A DNA stretch of 64,000 nt from an uncultured Streptococcus sp. (GCA_963533195.1 CAUSOG010000002.1:18853-82852), one strand, 5' to 3'; shown: positions 33,093-47,593, counted from the first letter of the stretch. Notes: generated from the letters alone by a model not told the origin. A program made the numbers and translations.

Positions 33093-34199
33093 TTAGTCTA
33101 CGGATACTTGGTAATCCGTATGTTCTCTTACTATTGTAGCAGATTTTTCCAAATCTTGGCGATTTTTAAAGGTGATTTGCAGAATACCGTTGATATCTTC
33201 TCGGTTTTCCTCATTAATCCGAATATTGACAACTGAAATTCCCCGCAGAAGCTCCAAAATACCCAAAATCGCATCTTCTTCGTCAGGCACCTCAATAAAG
33301 AGGTCATAAAAGCTATCCACACCAGCTCGTTTATGAATTTCCATCTGCTTGCGGCTCTGCCGTCCTCGGTTGAAAAACTCCCAGATAGCTGTCTCGTCCT
33401 TAGCCTCAATCGCTGCGGCAACCTTGTCTAACTGATCTTTAAAATCTTCCAGCCGCTCCAAAATGGCTTGAGGATTTGTCAAGAGGATAGAGGTCCACAT
33501 GCCCGGCTCACTCTCCGCAATCCGCGTCATATCTCGAAAACCACCAGCTGCAAAAGACTGGGTCAGCTCATGCTCTTGGCTATAAGCTGCTGCTTGCTCC
33601 ATAAGGCTGGAGGCTAGGATATGCGGAAAATGGCTGATTTGGCTGGTCACTCGGTCGTGCTCGGCTGCGTCCACCTGGATAAAGCGGGCATGAAGACCAC
33701 TCAGCAAGTCTTTCATTTCCTCAAGCGTACCAGGCTTGGTCAGACTAGAGGGGGTGAAGATATAATAGGCGTTTTCAAAGAGAGTAACATGGGCGGCCTT
33801 GGCTCCGGTCTTGTGACTTCCGGCCATAGGGTGAGCACCGACAAAGCGGACAGGCTTATTCTGCAGATACTTTTCTGCTGCTGCCACAATCTCTGCCTTA
33901 GTCGATCCAGCATCAGAGATGATAACATTTTCTTTCAGGTCCAGCTCCGCTAGTTCCTTTATAAATGCTATGGTCTGCTTGATGGGCACAGCCAGAATAA
34001 TCGCATCAGCCAATGGAGCAAAGGCGGCAAAATCATCCGTTACCCGGTCTACCATTCCCCTCTCTAATGCAACTCTGCGCGATTCTTCACTACGATTGTA
34101 GCCAAGAATCTCTATCTCAGGATGAGCTCTCCTGATGCCCAGAGCCAAGGAAGCTCCAATCAGTCCCAGACCTGCGATATAGACTGTTTTTCTCTCCAT
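33093..34199 (-). CDS. tyrA: Prephenate dehydrogenase
   Basis: GLGLIGAS, DAGSTK, HPMAGS, SHFPH, GGFRDMTRIA; start moved to MERKTV. Confidence 0.94.
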   Translation of the reverse strand: MERKTVYIAGLGLIGASLALGIRRAHPEIEILGYNRSEESRRVALERGMVDRVTDDFAAFAPLADAIILAVPIKQTIAFIKELAELDLKENVIISDAGSTKAEIVAAAEKYLQNKPVRFVGAHPMAGSHKTGAKAAHVTLFENAYYIFTPSSLTKPGTLEEMKDLLSGLHARFIQVDAAEHDRVTSQISHFPHILASSLMEQAAAYSQEHELTQSFAAGGFRDMTRIAESEPGMWTSILLTNPQAILERLEDFKDQLDKVAAAIEAKDETAIWEFFNRGRQSRKQMEIHKRAGVDSFYDLFIEVPDEEDAILGILELLRGISVVNIRINEENREDINGILQITFKNRQDLEKSATIVREHTDYQVSVD

Positions 34200-34215
34200 G
34201 CCCTTCTCCTTACTT

Positions 34216-35382
34216 CTAAAAGTTCTTGACAAATTCCCGATGGCGAGCTACCGCATCCTTTAGTTCTTCCAGATTGTCCGAAGAGAACTTCTCCAGAACT
34301 TCGGTGGCTAAAACTGTTGCCACCACGCTTTCCATGACAACACCCGCCGCTGGCAGAGCCGTAGGATCGCTCCGTTCCACTGTCGCCTTATAAGGCTCGT
34401 GGGTCTCAATATCCACGCTCATCAGTGGCTTATAAAGAGTTGGAATGGGCTTCATAACACCTCGCACCACGATTGGCTGACCATTGGTCATACCACCCTC
34501 AAAGCCGCCTAGATTATTGGTCCTGCGAGTGAAGCCATCTTCCTCAGACCAGAGGATTTCATCCATGACTTGACTGCCCTTGAGACGACCGGCTTCAAAG
34601 CCCACGCCAAACTCAACTCCCTTGAAAGCATTGATGGACACGACTCCTTGAGCAAGCTTGGCATCCAGCTTCTTGTCCCATTGGACATAGGAGCCCAGAC
34701 CAACCGGAACACCGCCAACGACAGTCTCAATGACACCACCGATGGTATCCCCGTCTTTCTTAATCTGATCAATGTAGGCCTTGATTTCTTCTTCACGCTC
34801 GGGATTGACAATGGAAACCTCTGACTGTGCAGCTCTTTCCTTGATTTCTGCTACAGTCAGATTGTCTGGTACATCGATATCAATACCGCCAAAGGTCACG
34901 ATATGACTGGCAACTTCAACACCGATTTCTTCCAGCAAGCGCTTGGCGACTGCTCCGACCGCTACACGCATGGTCGTTTCCCGTGCAGAAGAGCGCTCCA
35001 AAGAATTCCGTAAATCGTCAAAGCGGTATTTCATCCCGCCTACCAAGTCAGCATGGCCAGGGCGTGGTTTGGTAATCTTGCGCAGTCCTTTTTTCTTTTC
35101 ATCCACATCTGCCGCACTCATAATCTCCAGCCACTTCTGATGATCGAGATTTGTGACATTGAGGGTAATCGGACCGCCCATGGTCAAGCCATGCCGAACT
35201 CCAGAGGTAATCTCAACTTGGTCGCTTTCAATCTTCATACGGGCACCACGGCCGTAACCACCCTGGCGGCGCTTGAGCTCAGCATTGATATAGTCAGCGG
35301 TCAAAGAAAGACCAGCCGGCACTCCCTCAATAATAGCTGTCAGGCGTGGTCCGTGCGATTCTCCTGCTGTTAAGTATCTCAT
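34216..35382 (-). CDS. aroC: Chorismate synthase
   Basis: [27 protein letters not shown]. Confidence 0.97.
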   Translation of the reverse strand: MRYLTAGESHGPRLTAIIEGVPAGLSLTADYINAELKRRQGGYGRGARMKIESDQVEITSGVRHGLTMGGPITLNVTNLDHQKWLEIMSAADVDEKKKGLRKITKPRPGHADLVGGMKYRFDDLRNSLERSSARETTMRVAVGAVAKRLLEEIGVEVASHIVTFGGIDIDVPDNLTVAEIKERAAQSEVSIVNPEREEEIKAYIDQIKKDGDTIGGVIETVVGGVPVGLGSYVQWDKKLDAKLAQGVVSINAFKGVEFGVGFEAGRLKGSQVMDEILWSEEDGFTRRTNNLGGFEGGMTNGQPIVVRGVMKPIPTLYKPLMSVDIETHEPYKATVERSDPTALPAAGVVMESVVATVLATEVLEKFSSDNLEELKDAVARHREFVKNF

Positions 35383-35473
35383 ACATTTTCTCCTATTTCT
35401 GGGATGGAAAGATATGGACAGCCTGTCTATTTTTCATCCAAACTGTCCAATCGTCTTAAACTCCATCTGGCAC

Positions 35474-36541
35474 TTATTTCTTCAGAAATTCTTTCATCTC
35501 TTCCAGCGGAATCTGGTGAATACTAGCCGACCCTAGCTCGGGCACAAGTACCAGCTTGATAGAGTTGCCTCGAGCTTTCTTATCGTGGGTCAGAGCCTGA
35601 TAGAGAGCATTCTCATCCCAGGGCTGGTAAGCCACCGGCAAGCCAAACTTCTGACACATACGGATGATATTTTCTGTAATTCCGGCTGGCATAAGACCTT
35701 GCTTTTCAGCGACACTAGAAACCTGTACCATACCAATCGCCACAGCTTCACCATGCATGACCTTGCCATATCCTGCTGTCGCTTCGATAGCGTGCCCAAT
35801 AGTATGGCCGAAATTCAGATAGAGGCGAACGCCATTATCCAGCTCGTCCTCGACCACAATCTTACGCTTTACATCGCAGGAATGGTAGATGATACTCTCC
35901 GCATGCTCCAAAATCGACTCTGGACTGCCATCCATTTCTGAAAGCTCGTCCCAGAGTTCCTTATCCTCAATCAAGCCGTACTTGACTACCTCGCCTATAC
36001 CTTCGATCAATTCACGCTGGCCCAAAGTATGCAAGACTTCTGGGTCAATCAGAACTCCGTCAGGCTGGGTAAAGGTCCCGACCATATTCTTGGCCCAAGG
36101 CGTATTGACGCCTGTCTTACCACCGATAGAGGAATCCACTTGAGCTGTCAGACTGGTCGGAATCTGCACGAAATGAACGCCCCTCATGTAAGTCGAAGCG
36201 GCAAAGCCCGCCAAATCACCGACGACTCCGCCTCCCAAGGCTACAATCCCGTCGCTGCGGGTCAGACCAACCTTGACCAAAAACTCATAGACCTTGTTGA
36301 CCGTCTTTAAGTTCTTGCTGGCTTCACCCTCTAAAAAGTCAAAGACATAGGCCTCAAACCCAGCCGCTTCCAAGCTCAGCTTGACCTTTTCCGCATAGAG
36401 TCTAGCCACTCGATTGTCCGTGACGATGACTACCTTCTGAGGCTGCCACAGCTGACGCAGCCAACTTCCAGCCTGAGATAGAGACCCCTTTTCGATGAGA
36501 ATATCATAGGGATGGTGCGGGAGATTCACATTCAGTTTCAT
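35474..36541 (-). CDS. aroB: 3-dehydroquinate synthase
   Basis: [30 protein letters not shown]. Confidence 0.97.
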   Translation of the reverse strand: MKLNVNLPHHPYDILIEKGSLSQAGSWLRQLWQPQKVVIVTDNRVARLYAEKVKLSLEAAGFEAYVFDFLEGEASKNLKTVNKVYEFLVKVGLTRSDGIVALGGGVVGDLAGFAASTYMRGVHFVQIPTSLTAQVDSSIGGKTGVNTPWAKNMVGTFTQPDGVLIDPEVLHTLGQRELIEGIGEVVKYGLIEDKELWDELSEMDGSPESILEHAESIIYHSCDVKRKIVVEDELDNGVRLYLNFGHTIGHAIEATAGYGKVMHGEAVAIGMVQVSSVAEKQGLMPAGITENIIRMCQKFGLPVAYQPWDENALYQALTHDKKARGNSIKLVLVPELGSASIHQIPLEEMKEFLKK

Positions 36542-36551
36542 AAGCTCCTCC

Positions 36552-37406
36552 TTATTTATACAATTCTTCTAAACACTGCCAAATTTCCTGACTAGGCATG
36601 GTCTTTCCGGTCCAAAGATTAAAGGCTTCTGCTCCTTGATAGAGCAGCATACCAAGTCCATTGACCGCTGTGACATTTTGATTTCTTGCCCATTTGAGAA
36701 AGTGCGTTTCAAAAGGTTGGTAGATAACATCCGCAACTAAAATCTGGCTAGGCAGCTCAATCTGTTCAGGCAGGGGCATGCTGATGCCATCCATACCTAG
36801 ACTAGTCCCATTGACCAGAAGGTCTGATTGGTTTATTTTATACTGCAAACTATCCGCATCCTCCAAGGTTAAAACTTGGATACGACTCTTGGTTTGGTGG
36901 CTGATAGCTACCATCTTTCTGACAGTCTTCTCATAGGAAGCTTGCCGAGTAAAGACGAAAATTTCCTCTGCATTGTCCAAAGCTGCTTGAGCAATAATAG
37001 CTGTCGCTGCTCCACCTGCTCCCAAAATCGTCATTTTTTTGCCCCGAATAGCAAAAGAAGGCAAGCTCTTAAAAAATCCCTTGCCATCTGTGTTATAACC
37101 AACTAAAATTCCATTTTTATTCACAACCGTATTGACTGCTCCGATAAGGCGGGCACTGACATCCAGCTCGTCCAGATAAGGTATCACTTCCTGCTTATAG
37201 GGCATGGAAAGATTGACACCAAACATATCGTATCTGCGGATATTTTCTATACTGGCCTGCAGATCCTTCGCTTCCACTTCCCAAGCTAGATAGACACCAT
37301 TGACATCAGTCTTTTCAAAAGCCATATTGTGAATAAGAGGAGAAATACTGTGCTTAATTGGCTTGGCAACCACAGCAGCCATGCGGGTGTGGCCATTAAT
37401 TCTCAT
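36552..37406 (-). CDS. aroE: Shikimate dehydrogenase
   Basis: HSISP, NLSMPYK, GAVNT, NTDG, GAGGAA, GLGML. Confidence 0.95.
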   Translation of the reverse strand: MRINGHTRMAAVVAKPIKHSISPLIHNMAFEKTDVNGVYLAWEVEAKDLQASIENIRRYDMFGVNLSMPYKQEVIPYLDELDVSARLIGAVNTVVNKNGILVGYNTDGKGFFKSLPSFAIRGKKMTILGAGGAATAIIAQAALDNAEEIFVFTRQASYEKTVRKMVAISHQTKSRIQVLTLEDADSLQYKINQSDLLVNGTSLGMDGISMPLPEQIELPSQILVADVIYQPFETHFLKWARNQNVTAVNGLGMLLYQGAEAFNLWTGKTMPSQEIWQCLEELYK

Positions 37407-38073
37407 TCAAAATCTCCTGGATTTTCTTCATATTGTTCAGAGAAATCTGACCAGGTGCTGACGCCATCTCCTGGCTGGCAAATGACCAGCTGGAACCTGT
37501 CAAGTCAGCCGCAATGCGTGAAATCTTACCGATTTTTCCCATGGAAATGGTGACAAAATCCTGCTCAGGATTCAAAGTCTTGAAACCGCGAGTATAGTTC
37601 ATCAAGTCCAGCACATCCTGCTCATTGTGAGCCATGACAGAAACCTTGACCACCTTAGGGGTCAGAGAAGTAAGCTCAGACAGGATTTCCATCATATTTT
37701 CAGGTGTCTCCTCAAAGTTGTGGTAGCTCAGCACCAGATTAGGAAACTCCAGCATTTCTTCAAATTTCCCCTTGTGAGAGAAATATTCAAAGTCGATATA
37801 ATCCGGCTGGTAAAAACTGGCTACTTCCTTGATGAGATCTACATATTCATCATCGGACAGTTCGATTTCTCCGCCTTCCTGACGGGTCCGCAAGGTGAAA
37901 ATCAATTCACGTCCGGCAAATTTTTCAAAAATAGCTGGCGCAACATTTAAAATGTCATCCTTGGCCAGAAAATCTGCCCGCCATTCAATAATATCCGCAT
38001 CTTCGTAGCGTGATACATCAATTTCTTGAGCTTCTTCTAAACTCTTGGGCATTACAGAAACGACTAATTTCAT
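37396..38073 (-). CDS. aroD: Type I 3-dehydroquinate dehydratase
   Basis: EWRAD, FTLRT..EGG, SYHNF, APGQ. Confidence 0.95.
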   Translation of the reverse strand: MKLVVSVMPKSLEEAQEIDVSRYEDADIIEWRADFLAKDDILNVAPAIFEKFAGRELIFTLRTRQEGGEIELSDDEYVDLIKEVASFYQPDYIDFEYFSHKGKFEEMLEFPNLVLSYHNFEETPENMMEILSELTSLTPKVVKVSVMAHNEQDVLDLMNYTRGFKTLNPEQDFVTISMGKIGKISRIAADLTGSSWSFASQEMASAPGQISLNNMKKIQEILNEN

Positions 38074-39233
38074 TGGTCCACCTTTATTGTAAATACCTTG
38101 AGGTAATTACTGCTCCCGTCTTTTTTATTATAGACAAAGTCTGCTGGCAGGCCATACTTCGCAAGATAGCGGTGCTTTCTGCCGGCAAAACCTTTTTCAA
38201 TTTCTTGTTTAAACTTACTTTTGGAAAGATTGGCTGCATTGGTACTTAAAATCATGATTCCCTGAGGATTCAGGATTTCCAAAGCTTGTGCAACCAAACG
38301 ATGATAATCTTTAGCAACCGAGAATGTCCGCTTCTTATTTCTAGCAAAGCTAGGCGGATCTATCACAATGACATCAAAGCTTAGTTCGTGGCGCTTAGCG
38401 TACTTGAAATAATCAAAGACATCCATCACCTGAAAGCGATGCTGATCCAGTGTCAAACCATTAGCCAGAAAATGAGACTCTGACAGCTCACGGCTTCGCT
38501 TGGCCAAATCCACTGAGACTGTCTGACTGGCACCGCCCATAGCTGCTGCTACTGAAAAAGCAGCTGTATAGGAAAACATATTGAGTAAACTTTTACCAGC
38601 AGCCAGACCATCTACCAGACTAGCACGCACATCGTGCTGATCCAGAAAGATACCGGTCATGAGACCGTCATTCAGAAAAACCCGATAGCGAACACCGTTC
38701 TCCAAGACTGTGAAAGTTTCCGGTGCTTCCTCTCCATAGAGATGAGCCGATTCGTAGTTCAAACCCTTGAAACGAATCTTTTCATAAGCTCCCTGAATCT
38801 CTGGGAAAACCTTAGCGAAGGCTGTCAGAATCTGCTCCTTGATAGCAAAGACAAAGTCATTGTACCAAGAAAAAAGCGCAAAGTCATTGTAGAAATCCAC
38901 CGAGAAGCCACCGAAGCCATCCCCCTCTTGATTAAAGAGTCGAAAGGCTGTCGTGTCAGACGAATGGAAATAAGTAGAACGTCTGCTCTTAGCCTGCTCA
39001 AAGAGGTCTTGAAAAAAATCCGAGTTCAGCTCTACCTTCTTCTGGGAAATCAGCCAGCCTACTCCCTTATTCTGCGGAGAGAGATAAGCTGTGCCTAAGA
39101 ACTTTCCCTGACGGTTTTGCAGCTCCACACATTGATTCTGAAGCGAAAGAGCGCCAAAATCCTTTTTATCTAATAAAAGAATGCCCTTTCTCAGTTTTTC
39201 TTCTGCCTGTTGAGTAACAGTAAGTTTATTCAT
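38070..39233 (-). CDS. Class I SAM-dependent rRNA methyltransferase (RlmI-like)
   Basis: [28 protein letters not shown]. Confidence 0.88.
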   Translation of the reverse strand: MNKLTVTQQAEEKLRKGILLLDKKDFGALSLQNQCVELQNRQGKFLGTAYLSPQNKGVGWLISQKKVELNSDFFQDLFEQAKSRRSTYFHSSDTTAFRLFNQEGDGFGGFSVDFYNDFALFSWYNDFVFAIKEQILTAFAKVFPEIQGAYEKIRFKGLNYESAHLYGEEAPETFTVLENGVRYRVFLNDGLMTGIFLDQHDVRASLVDGLAAGKSLLNMFSYTAAFSVAAAMGGASQTVSVDLAKRSRELSESHFLANGLTLDQHRFQVMDVFDYFKYAKRHELSFDVIVIDPPSFARNKKRTFSVAKDYHRLVAQALEILNPQGIMILSTNAANLSKSKFKQEIEKGFAGRKHRYLAKYGLPADFVYNKKDGSSNYLKVFTIKVDQ

Positions 39234-39483
39234 AAATTATATTATACCAAAGATTGTGAAAATTCTCAAAACATATTTTACATTTGAGTTAATAAAAGAT
39301 TTCACAAACGAGTGCAAAACGACTATAAACCTCTCCATAGAGGGGATAAGGCTTTTATAGAAATATTACAATTTCGCCGATTTAAAATATCTCAAATGCA
39401 GCTCAAATTTTCCTTAACTGGAGAAATTATGTTATACTTAGAGGAGAAAATTTTTAGGAAATAAGACAAGGAAGTAACTTTTT

Positions 39484-41679
39484 GTGAAAAAAATAACCAA
39501 GAATTTACTCAATTTCATGAGTACGAGACTAGGTTTTGTCTTGATTTTACTGGTCCTCTATTGGATAAAAACCATGTGGGCCTATACGATTGATTTTAAC
39601 CTCGATATTCAGGGTCTTTATCAAGTATTTTTAGCTATTATCAACCCTTTCCCTATCAGCCTCTTGCTGCTGGGACTGGCGCTTTATGTAAAACGAACCA
39701 AATTATTCTACAGCCTAGCCTTCGGAATCTATCTACTCCTCTTTGCTTGGCTGGTATCTAACTCCATTTACTACCGTGAGTTCAGTGACTTTGTCACAGT
39801 CAATACCATGCTGGCTTCTAGCAGCGTTTCTGCTGGACTTGGGGAAGCAGCACTTGAGCTCTTCCGCCCTTGGGATATTCTTTATCTGATTGATTTCCCG
39901 ATTTTGGCCTTCTTATTCTTTAAGAAATACATCCGCATGGATGATCGGCCTTTCAATAAACGCGCCAGCTTTGCTGTGACCTCCCTGTCTGCCATGCTAT
40001 TCTCAGCCAACCTTTTCTTGGCTGAAATTGACCGGCCTGAGCTCTTGTCACGTGGATTTTCCAACTATTATGTCGTTCGGGCTCTGGGCTTGCCAGCCTT
40101 TCTAGGTTACAGTGCTAACCAGACATATACCGCCAATCGTGAGCGCTCCAAAGCTTCTGAAAAAGACTTGGAACCAGTAACAGAATATATCCAATTCCAT
40201 TATGCGGAACCTAATCCAGAATATTACGGGATTGCCAAAGGTCGCAACGTCATCTATGTCCATCTGGAAAGCTTCCAGCAGTTCCTGATTGACTATAAGC
40301 TGCAGGCAGATGGGAAAGAGTACGAGGTGACACCTTTCCTTAACTCCCTCTACCACTCCAACTCGACTTTAGCTTTCTCTAATGTCTTCAACCAGGTCAA
40401 GGCTGGTAAGACTTCTGATGCTGAAACCATGATTGAAACTGGGCTCTTCGGTCTCAATCAAGGCTCCTTCATGGTTAACTACGGTGGTACCAATACCCAG
40501 CAAGCTGCACCTTTTATTCTTTCCAAAAACGGCGGCTATACTTCTGCTGTTTTCCACGGAAATACAGGAAGCTTCTGGAACCGCAATACAGCTTACAAGC
40601 AATGGGGTTATAACTATTTCTTCGATGCGTCTTACTTTACCAAGCAGGACGACACCAACTCTTTCCAATACGGCTTGAATGACAAGATTATGCTGAAAGA
40701 TTCCATCAAATATCTGGAACACCTGCAGCAGCCTTTCTATGCTAAGTATATCACGGTTTCCAATCACTATCCTTACACGACAAGTCTGATTGGTGACGAG
40801 ATTGGCTTCCCACTGGCCAAGACCAAGGATGAAACCATCAACGGTTACTTTGCCACTGCCAACTATCTAGATTCTTCTGTCAAGGCCTTGTTTGACTATC
40901 TCAAAGAATCCGGCCTCTATGACAACTCTATTATCGTTCTCTACGGAGACCATTTTGGAATTTCCCAAACCCGCAATCCTAACTTGGCCCCTCTTGTAGG
41001 CAAATCCTCTGAGACTTGGTCCAATTATGACAATGCTATGATGCAGCGCGTACCATACATGGTAGTGGTACCTGGCATGGACAAAGGAAAGATCATTGAT
41101 ACCTACGGCGGTCAAGTGGATATGCTGCCAACATTGGAGCATTTGCTGGGCATTGACTCTAAAAACTACCTTCAGGTTGGACAAGACCTGCTGTCATCTC
41201 AGCATCAACAAATCACAGCATTCCGATCCAGCAATAACTTTGTCACTCCAAAATACACTAGCTTCAACGGACGAACCTACTACACCCAGACCGGTGAGGA
41301 AATTACCAATCCAGATGAAACCATCAAGAAAGAGCTAGATGAGATTCGTAATGCCGCCAATACTCAGCTGAAGATGAGTGACGCTATTCAAACCGGTGAC
41401 TTGATTCGCTTCTACAAAGGAAATGACTTAGGCAAGGTCAACCCTAAAGATTACTCTTATCTTAATTCAATGAAAGCCTTGTTGGCTATTGAAAAAGAAA
41501 AAGGCGACCAATCAACCAGTCTTTACTCCAAGCGAGGCAATGTTTCCACTGTGGACCTCTTTAACTCGCCAAGCTATCGTGCACTGCATCCAGAGCAGTT
41601 CCAAACTAGCAGCAGCGATGAAGACAGCAGTCAAGAAGACTCAAGCTCTTCCAGCTCTAGTTCCACAGCTAATCCATAG
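39484..41679 (+). CDS. ltaS: Lipoteichoic acid synthase family protein
   Basis: N-terminal TM helices, HLESFQ, GKTSDAE, SNHYPY, YGDH. Confidence 0.9.
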   Translation: MKKITKNLLNFMSTRLGFVLILLVLYWIKTMWAYTIDFNLDIQGLYQVFLAIINPFPISLLLLGLALYVKRTKLFYSLAFGIYLLLFAWLVSNSIYYREFSDFVTVNTMLASSSVSAGLGEAALELFRPWDILYLIDFPILAFLFFKKYIRMDDRPFNKRASFAVTSLSAMLFSANLFLAEIDRPELLSRGFSNYYVVRALGLPAFLGYSANQTYTANRERSKASEKDLEPVTEYIQFHYAEPNPEYYGIAKGRNVIYVHLESFQQFLIDYKLQADGKEYEVTPFLNSLYHSNSTLAFSNVFNQVKAGKTSDAETMIETGLFGLNQGSFMVNYGGTNTQQAAPFILSKNGGYTSAVFHGNTGSFWNRNTAYKQWGYNYFFDASYFTKQDDTNSFQYGLNDKIMLKDSIKYLEHLQQPFYAKYITVSNHYPYTTSLIGDEIGFPLAKTKDETINGYFATANYLDSSVKALFDYLKESGLYDNSIIVLYGDHFGISQTRNPNLAPLVGKSSETWSNYDNAMMQRVPYMVVVPGMDKGKIIDTYGGQVDMLPTLEHLLGIDSKNYLQVGQDLLSSQHQQITAFRSSNNFVTPKYTSFNGRTYYTQTGEEITNPDETIKKELDEIRNAANTQLKMSDAIQTGDLIRFYKGNDLGKVNPKDYSYLNSMKALLAIEKEKGDQSTSLYSKRGNVSTVDLFNSPSYRALHPEQFQTSSSDEDSSQEDSSSSSSSSTANP

Positions 41680-41684
41680 ATAGC

Positions 41685-41717
41685 AAAAGCCTTAAGTCCA
41701 ATGGACTTAAGGCTTTT
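41685..41717. terminator. Bidirectional terminator between ltaS and pullulanase
   Basis: AAAAGCCTTAAGTCCA-A-TGGACTTAAGGCTTTT. Confidence 0.85.
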
Positions 41718-41732
41718 CTTGTAGCTAATAAC

Positions 41733-44030
41733 TTATTGAATAACTTCAAAAACAGAAACAGTCAGGTTTTCAACATAGAAAGGCTTCTTATGACGGCTAT
41801 TGCCGACTAGGAGGCGCAGCTTGTCTGCATTAGGCAGATAATAGGGCAGGCCGCTGGCATTAAAAATAACCTGATAATGCTTGTCGTCCTTAATCTCAAA
41901 GATAATCAAGCCACTGCCCTGCTCTGCTGATTGAACAAAGACATGCTTATAAATATCTTCATAAGTCTGATAAGAAAAGGCTTTGCAGCTTGTCTTGAGG
42001 CGAATGATGTCCTTGATAAAATCAATGCTCTCCTGATGGTCCTGCAAAATATCCCAATTCACCTGATTGACTGCATCTGGCGCATTGTAGCTGTTCATTG
42101 CCCTTTCGCGATCACTGGGAAGAACTTGACCGTCTTCTCCAGTCGCCACTAGCTTGGTACGGGAAAATTCCTGTCCCAGCTCCATGAAAGCCATGCCCTG
42201 CATGAGTAGGTTCATAGCAGTTGCCAGTTCAATCCGCTTGGTGCGAGTCAAAACATCATCGTCGGGATGCAGCTCCGCAAGCAAATCATGCAGGTTGAAA
42301 TTATCGTGTGCCTCCACGTAGTTAAGGACTTGATCAGGACTGCGATAGCTGCCTAGCTCACTGCTGCCAAGGATAGCCTTAGCGACGATATCCTCCGTCG
42401 CCTGACCACTGACAAAACCAGCTTTGATGCCACCGTAAACCTCGGCTCCCTTAACCGCATCCCGCTCAGTGTCGTTGAAAAATCCAATCCGTGGTAACTG
42501 ATAAGCATTGTCCTTTTTGGCCTTTTCTTCTGGTCTCAGACCCGTTCCCATATCCCAGCCTTCTCCATAGAGCAGGATTCTCGGATCCACCTTATCCATA
42601 GCTTGACGAATGGCATTCATCGTTTCCACATCATGAATTCCCATCAGGTCGAAGCGGAAGCCATCTACATTAAACTCCTCTACCCAGTAAAGCAAAGAGT
42701 CAATCATAAACTTGCGGAACATCTCATGTTCGCTGGCCGTCTCACTCCCCACTCCAGTTCCGTTTTGGAAAGAGCCATTAGGATTCATCCGATAGTAATA
42801 ATCCGGTACTGTAGCCTGAAAAGCAGAATCATAGGTCGAGTAGATGTGATTGTAAACAACATCCAGTGTCACAGAAAGCCCCGCATCATGGTAGGCCTGA
42901 ATCATTGTTTTCAAATCACGAATGGCCTGCGCTGGGTCGGCAGGATTGCTGGAAAAGCTCGTCTCCGGAGCATGATAATTCTGCGGATCATAGCCCCAGT
43001 TGTAAATCAGCTCTCCATTTTCATCATAGTCCTTGTGACGGTCAGAGACAGGCTGAAGCTGAACAACATTAACGCCTAAATCGCTGATATAGTCAAAACC
43101 TGTTTTTTGCCCTAGATAATTGGTAGTTCCTTTTTGACAGGCTCCCAAGAAGGTCCCGCGCAGCTGACTATCCACGCCTGAAGTCTCCGACTTGGTCAAA
43201 TCCCGAATGTGCATCTCATAAATCACTGCCTGATTGGGATTGTCCAAACGCCAGACAGCTTCTTTGCCTTGCCGAACTTGAAAACCATCTACTTCTGTCT
43301 CATCTGCTCCAAGAATCGCTGATCGCTTGCCATCTGGACTGGTCGCAACAGTATAGGGATCGCGAGTATAGAAATTGCGGTATTCAAAGCTAACATGGTA
43401 TTGATAAGTTTTGCCGGTCAAGTCTTCTCCTATTTCAGCTGACCAGACACCGATGCTATTTTCCTTATGGTCGTGAGAATATCGGTCACCTTTTTGCATT
43501 GAGAATATTTTATAAACAGGAGCTTGATTGTCAGCCGATTCATACACTACCAGCTCTACCTTCCTAGCTGTCGGTGCCCAAACTTTGAAAGTATGTGCGC
43601 CGTCTGTCTGGCGGTGTCCCAACCAGCCTTGATAGCCCCAGCATTCATCAAAGTAGTCTGTTCTCAGAGCCATATCAAAGTTATGAGGGCGCCGGCGTGA
43701 ATACTGGTGACTGGTCGTTGCAGCCTGCAGGGAATAATAAACCTGAGCATCTCCCTCAATCAGCCAAATTTCCGTAACCAGATGAGGAGGCAACAAATCA
43801 ATATGATAGTCACAGGACTGGCTAGACCAGTCTGAACGTTTGATAATCACATGAGCGTGATTTAAGGGCTCCCAAGTCTCAAATGACAATTCACCCTGAA
43901 TACCAAAATAATCAAGTTTGGAAAAGGCTGCTTCCTTTCCCCATTGGTTTATTTGCCACTGCCACATATCATAGGAGAAATAATCTCCAGTAGGATTGTG
44001 GTAATGGACTAAGACTTTATAGTCTAGCAT
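41733..44030 (-). CDS. pulA: Type I pullulanase (GH13)
   Basis: YNWGYDP, DVVYNH, GFRFDLMG, YGEGWD, YVEAHDN. Confidence 0.93.
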   Translation of the reverse strand: MLDYKVLVHYHNPTGDYFSYDMWQWQINQWGKEAAFSKLDYFGIQGELSFETWEPLNHAHVIIKRSDWSSQSCDYHIDLLPPHLVTEIWLIEGDAQVYYSLQAATTSHQYSRRRPHNFDMALRTDYFDECWGYQGWLGHRQTDGAHTFKVWAPTARKVELVVYESADNQAPVYKIFSMQKGDRYSHDHKENSIGVWSAEIGEDLTGKTYQYHVSFEYRNFYTRDPYTVATSPDGKRSAILGADETEVDGFQVRQGKEAVWRLDNPNQAVIYEMHIRDLTKSETSGVDSQLRGTFLGACQKGTTNYLGQKTGFDYISDLGVNVVQLQPVSDRHKDYDENGELIYNWGYDPQNYHAPETSFSSNPADPAQAIRDLKTMIQAYHDAGLSVTLDVVYNHIYSTYDSAFQATVPDYYYRMNPNGSFQNGTGVGSETASEHEMFRKFMIDSLLYWVEEFNVDGFRFDLMGIHDVETMNAIRQAMDKVDPRILLYGEGWDMGTGLRPEEKAKKDNAYQLPRIGFFNDTERDAVKGAEVYGGIKAGFVSGQATEDIVAKAILGSSELGSYRSPDQVLNYVEAHDNFNLHDLLAELHPDDDVLTRTKRIELATAMNLLMQGMAFMELGQEFSRTKLVATGEDGQVLPSDRERAMNSYNAPDAVNQVNWDILQDHQESIDFIKDIIRLKTSCKAFSYQTYEDIYKHVFVQSAEQGSGLIIFEIKDDKHYQVIFNASGLPYYLPNADKLRLLVGNSRHKKPFYVENLTVSVFEVIQ

Positions 44031-44053
44031 GTTCTTTCATCTCTCATCTATAC

Positions 44054-45004
44054 TTATTCTATTGAAAGGGCTGTCTGACTGATTTCATCGATATTGGCAA
44101 AAAATTCCAAATGTCCGTGCAGCACTTCCAGTTCAACAGGCGTATCACCGCCGTATTCCCCATCCAAATTCAGCATAAATGGACCTTTTTTGTCTAAAAT
44201 TTCCAGCTGCAGCTTGCTTGTTTTGAGGTATTCTACATTGATATCGCCAACGTGCTGACCGCCATTAATAGCCTGCATCATCAGACTCAGCATATCAAAG
44301 AGATTGGCTGTCTTAACCAAAATCAAGGTAAAATTCCCGTCATCTAATTTAGTATCCGGTGCTAGCTTTTCAAAACCACCGATAGAGTTGGTCAGAGCCG
44401 CAAACATCAGCGAAATCTTCCCTTCAAAGACACCGTGGTCGTGCTTGATACGAACCTTGCGGAACTTAGAGCGAGGGAGCTTTTTTGCTCCTTCTGCGAC
44501 ATAAGCAAAGTAGCCTAGGCGGGATTTGACCTCGCTAGGTACGCTATAAGTCAGCTCTGTTAGAGTTCCAGCCGCTGCAATATTGATAAAATACTTGTTC
44601 CCATAAGCCCGGCCAATATCCATCTTTATGGTCTGGTTCTTTTCAATAATGCGGGCTGCCGCTACTGGATCTCCCATGGGAATCTTCAAAGCACGCGCAT
44701 AATCGTTGGTTGTACCAGTTGGGATAAAGGCCAATTTAGGCCGTTCATCCAGATTTGCCACACCATTGACTACCTCATTGATGGTACCGTCACCGCCTGC
44801 CGCAATAATCAAATCAAATCCTGCTTTTGCTGCCCTTTCAGCTTCTTTTTGAGCAGAAAGAGGCGCTGGAGTGGTTTGGTAGGCGCTGGTTTCATAACCC
44901 ACATCCTCCAAAACATCCAGAACTTCCGCAATATTTTTCTTAATAATTTCCTGTCCCGAAGTCGGGTTATAAATCAATCGTGCTCGTTTAATCTTATCCT
45001 TCAT
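44054..45004 (-). CDS. Diacylglycerol kinase family lipid kinase
   Basis: NPTSG, GGDGTINE, PTGTTNDYARAL, NLDGE. Confidence 0.92.
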   Translation of the reverse strand: MKDKIKRARLIYNPTSGQEIIKKNIAEVLDVLEDVGYETSAYQTTPAPLSAQKEAERAAKAGFDLIIAAGGDGTINEVVNGVANLDERPKLAFIPTGTTNDYARALKIPMGDPVAAARIIEKNQTIKMDIGRAYGNKYFINIAAAGTLTELTYSVPSEVKSRLGYFAYVAEGAKKLPRSKFRKVRIKHDHGVFEGKISLMFAALTNSIGGFEKLAPDTKLDDGNFTLILVKTANLFDMLSLMMQAINGGQHVGDINVEYLKTSKLQLEILDKKGPFMLNLDGEYGGDTPVELEVLHGHLEFFANIDEISQTALSIE

Positions 45005-45013
45005 ACTTCAGCC

Positions 45014-46981
<1,968 letters not shown>

Positions 46982-47077
46982 TTATCACAAATACACAAAA
47001 TCTTCCTCTATTTGTTCCGAATTCTTCCTAAAAAACAAAAGGACACAAAAAGAGCGGAAATTCCGCTCTCTGCTGTC

Positions 47078-47593
47078 TTATTTTGTCAAATCAATTCGTC
47101 GGGCAATCAGGTTAATAAGGATAGCTCCAACAATCAAGGAAGCAAATTCTCCAATGGCTGTTGTAAACCAAGTCAGGAAGAATGGCAGGCCTTGTAAGAA
47201 ATGTAATTCTGCAGCAATGGTCACCATCGAAATAGAAAAGAATACTGCAAAATAGAAATGATCCAAACGAATCAATCCTTTAATCAGATATTGATTCTTA
47301 TAGCGACTGAAAAGGTAGACACCCAGTGACAGGAAGACTAAAGTGGACCCGCCACCGACAAAGACATCAACAATTCCAAAACTATAGAGATTGGCAATCA
47401 TACAGCCAATGGTCACTCCTATGATATATTTCCTATTATAAAAGGCCATAAAGTTCATCATTTCAGAAATTCTGAACTGGTAAGCACCATAGCTAATAGC
47501 ATTTAAAGGGGGCGTAATCGTTAGAGCTACGTAAATGGCAGCAACAATGGCAATCTGAGCCAAATCACGAACTGTCAGTTTTTCTTGTTTCAT
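47078..47593 (-). CDS. queT: QueT queuosine-precursor transporter (ECF S component)
   Basis: Hydrophobic, SYGAYQFRISE motif, preQ1-II riboswitch upstream. Confidence 0.9.
   Translation of the reverse strand: MKQEKLTVRDLAQIAIVAAIYVALTITPPLNAISYGAYQFRISEMMNFMAFYNRKYIIGVTIGCMIANLYSFGIVDVFVGGGSTLVFLSLGVYLFSRYKNQYLIKGLIRLDHFYFAVFFSISMVTIAAELHFLQGLPFFLTWFTTAIGEFASLIVGAILINLIARRIDLTK

Noticed and set aside
41605..41676. Ser-rich low-complexity tail of LtaS (agc/tca repeats)
   Set aside because: Ordinary disordered C-terminal tail, not a repeat array
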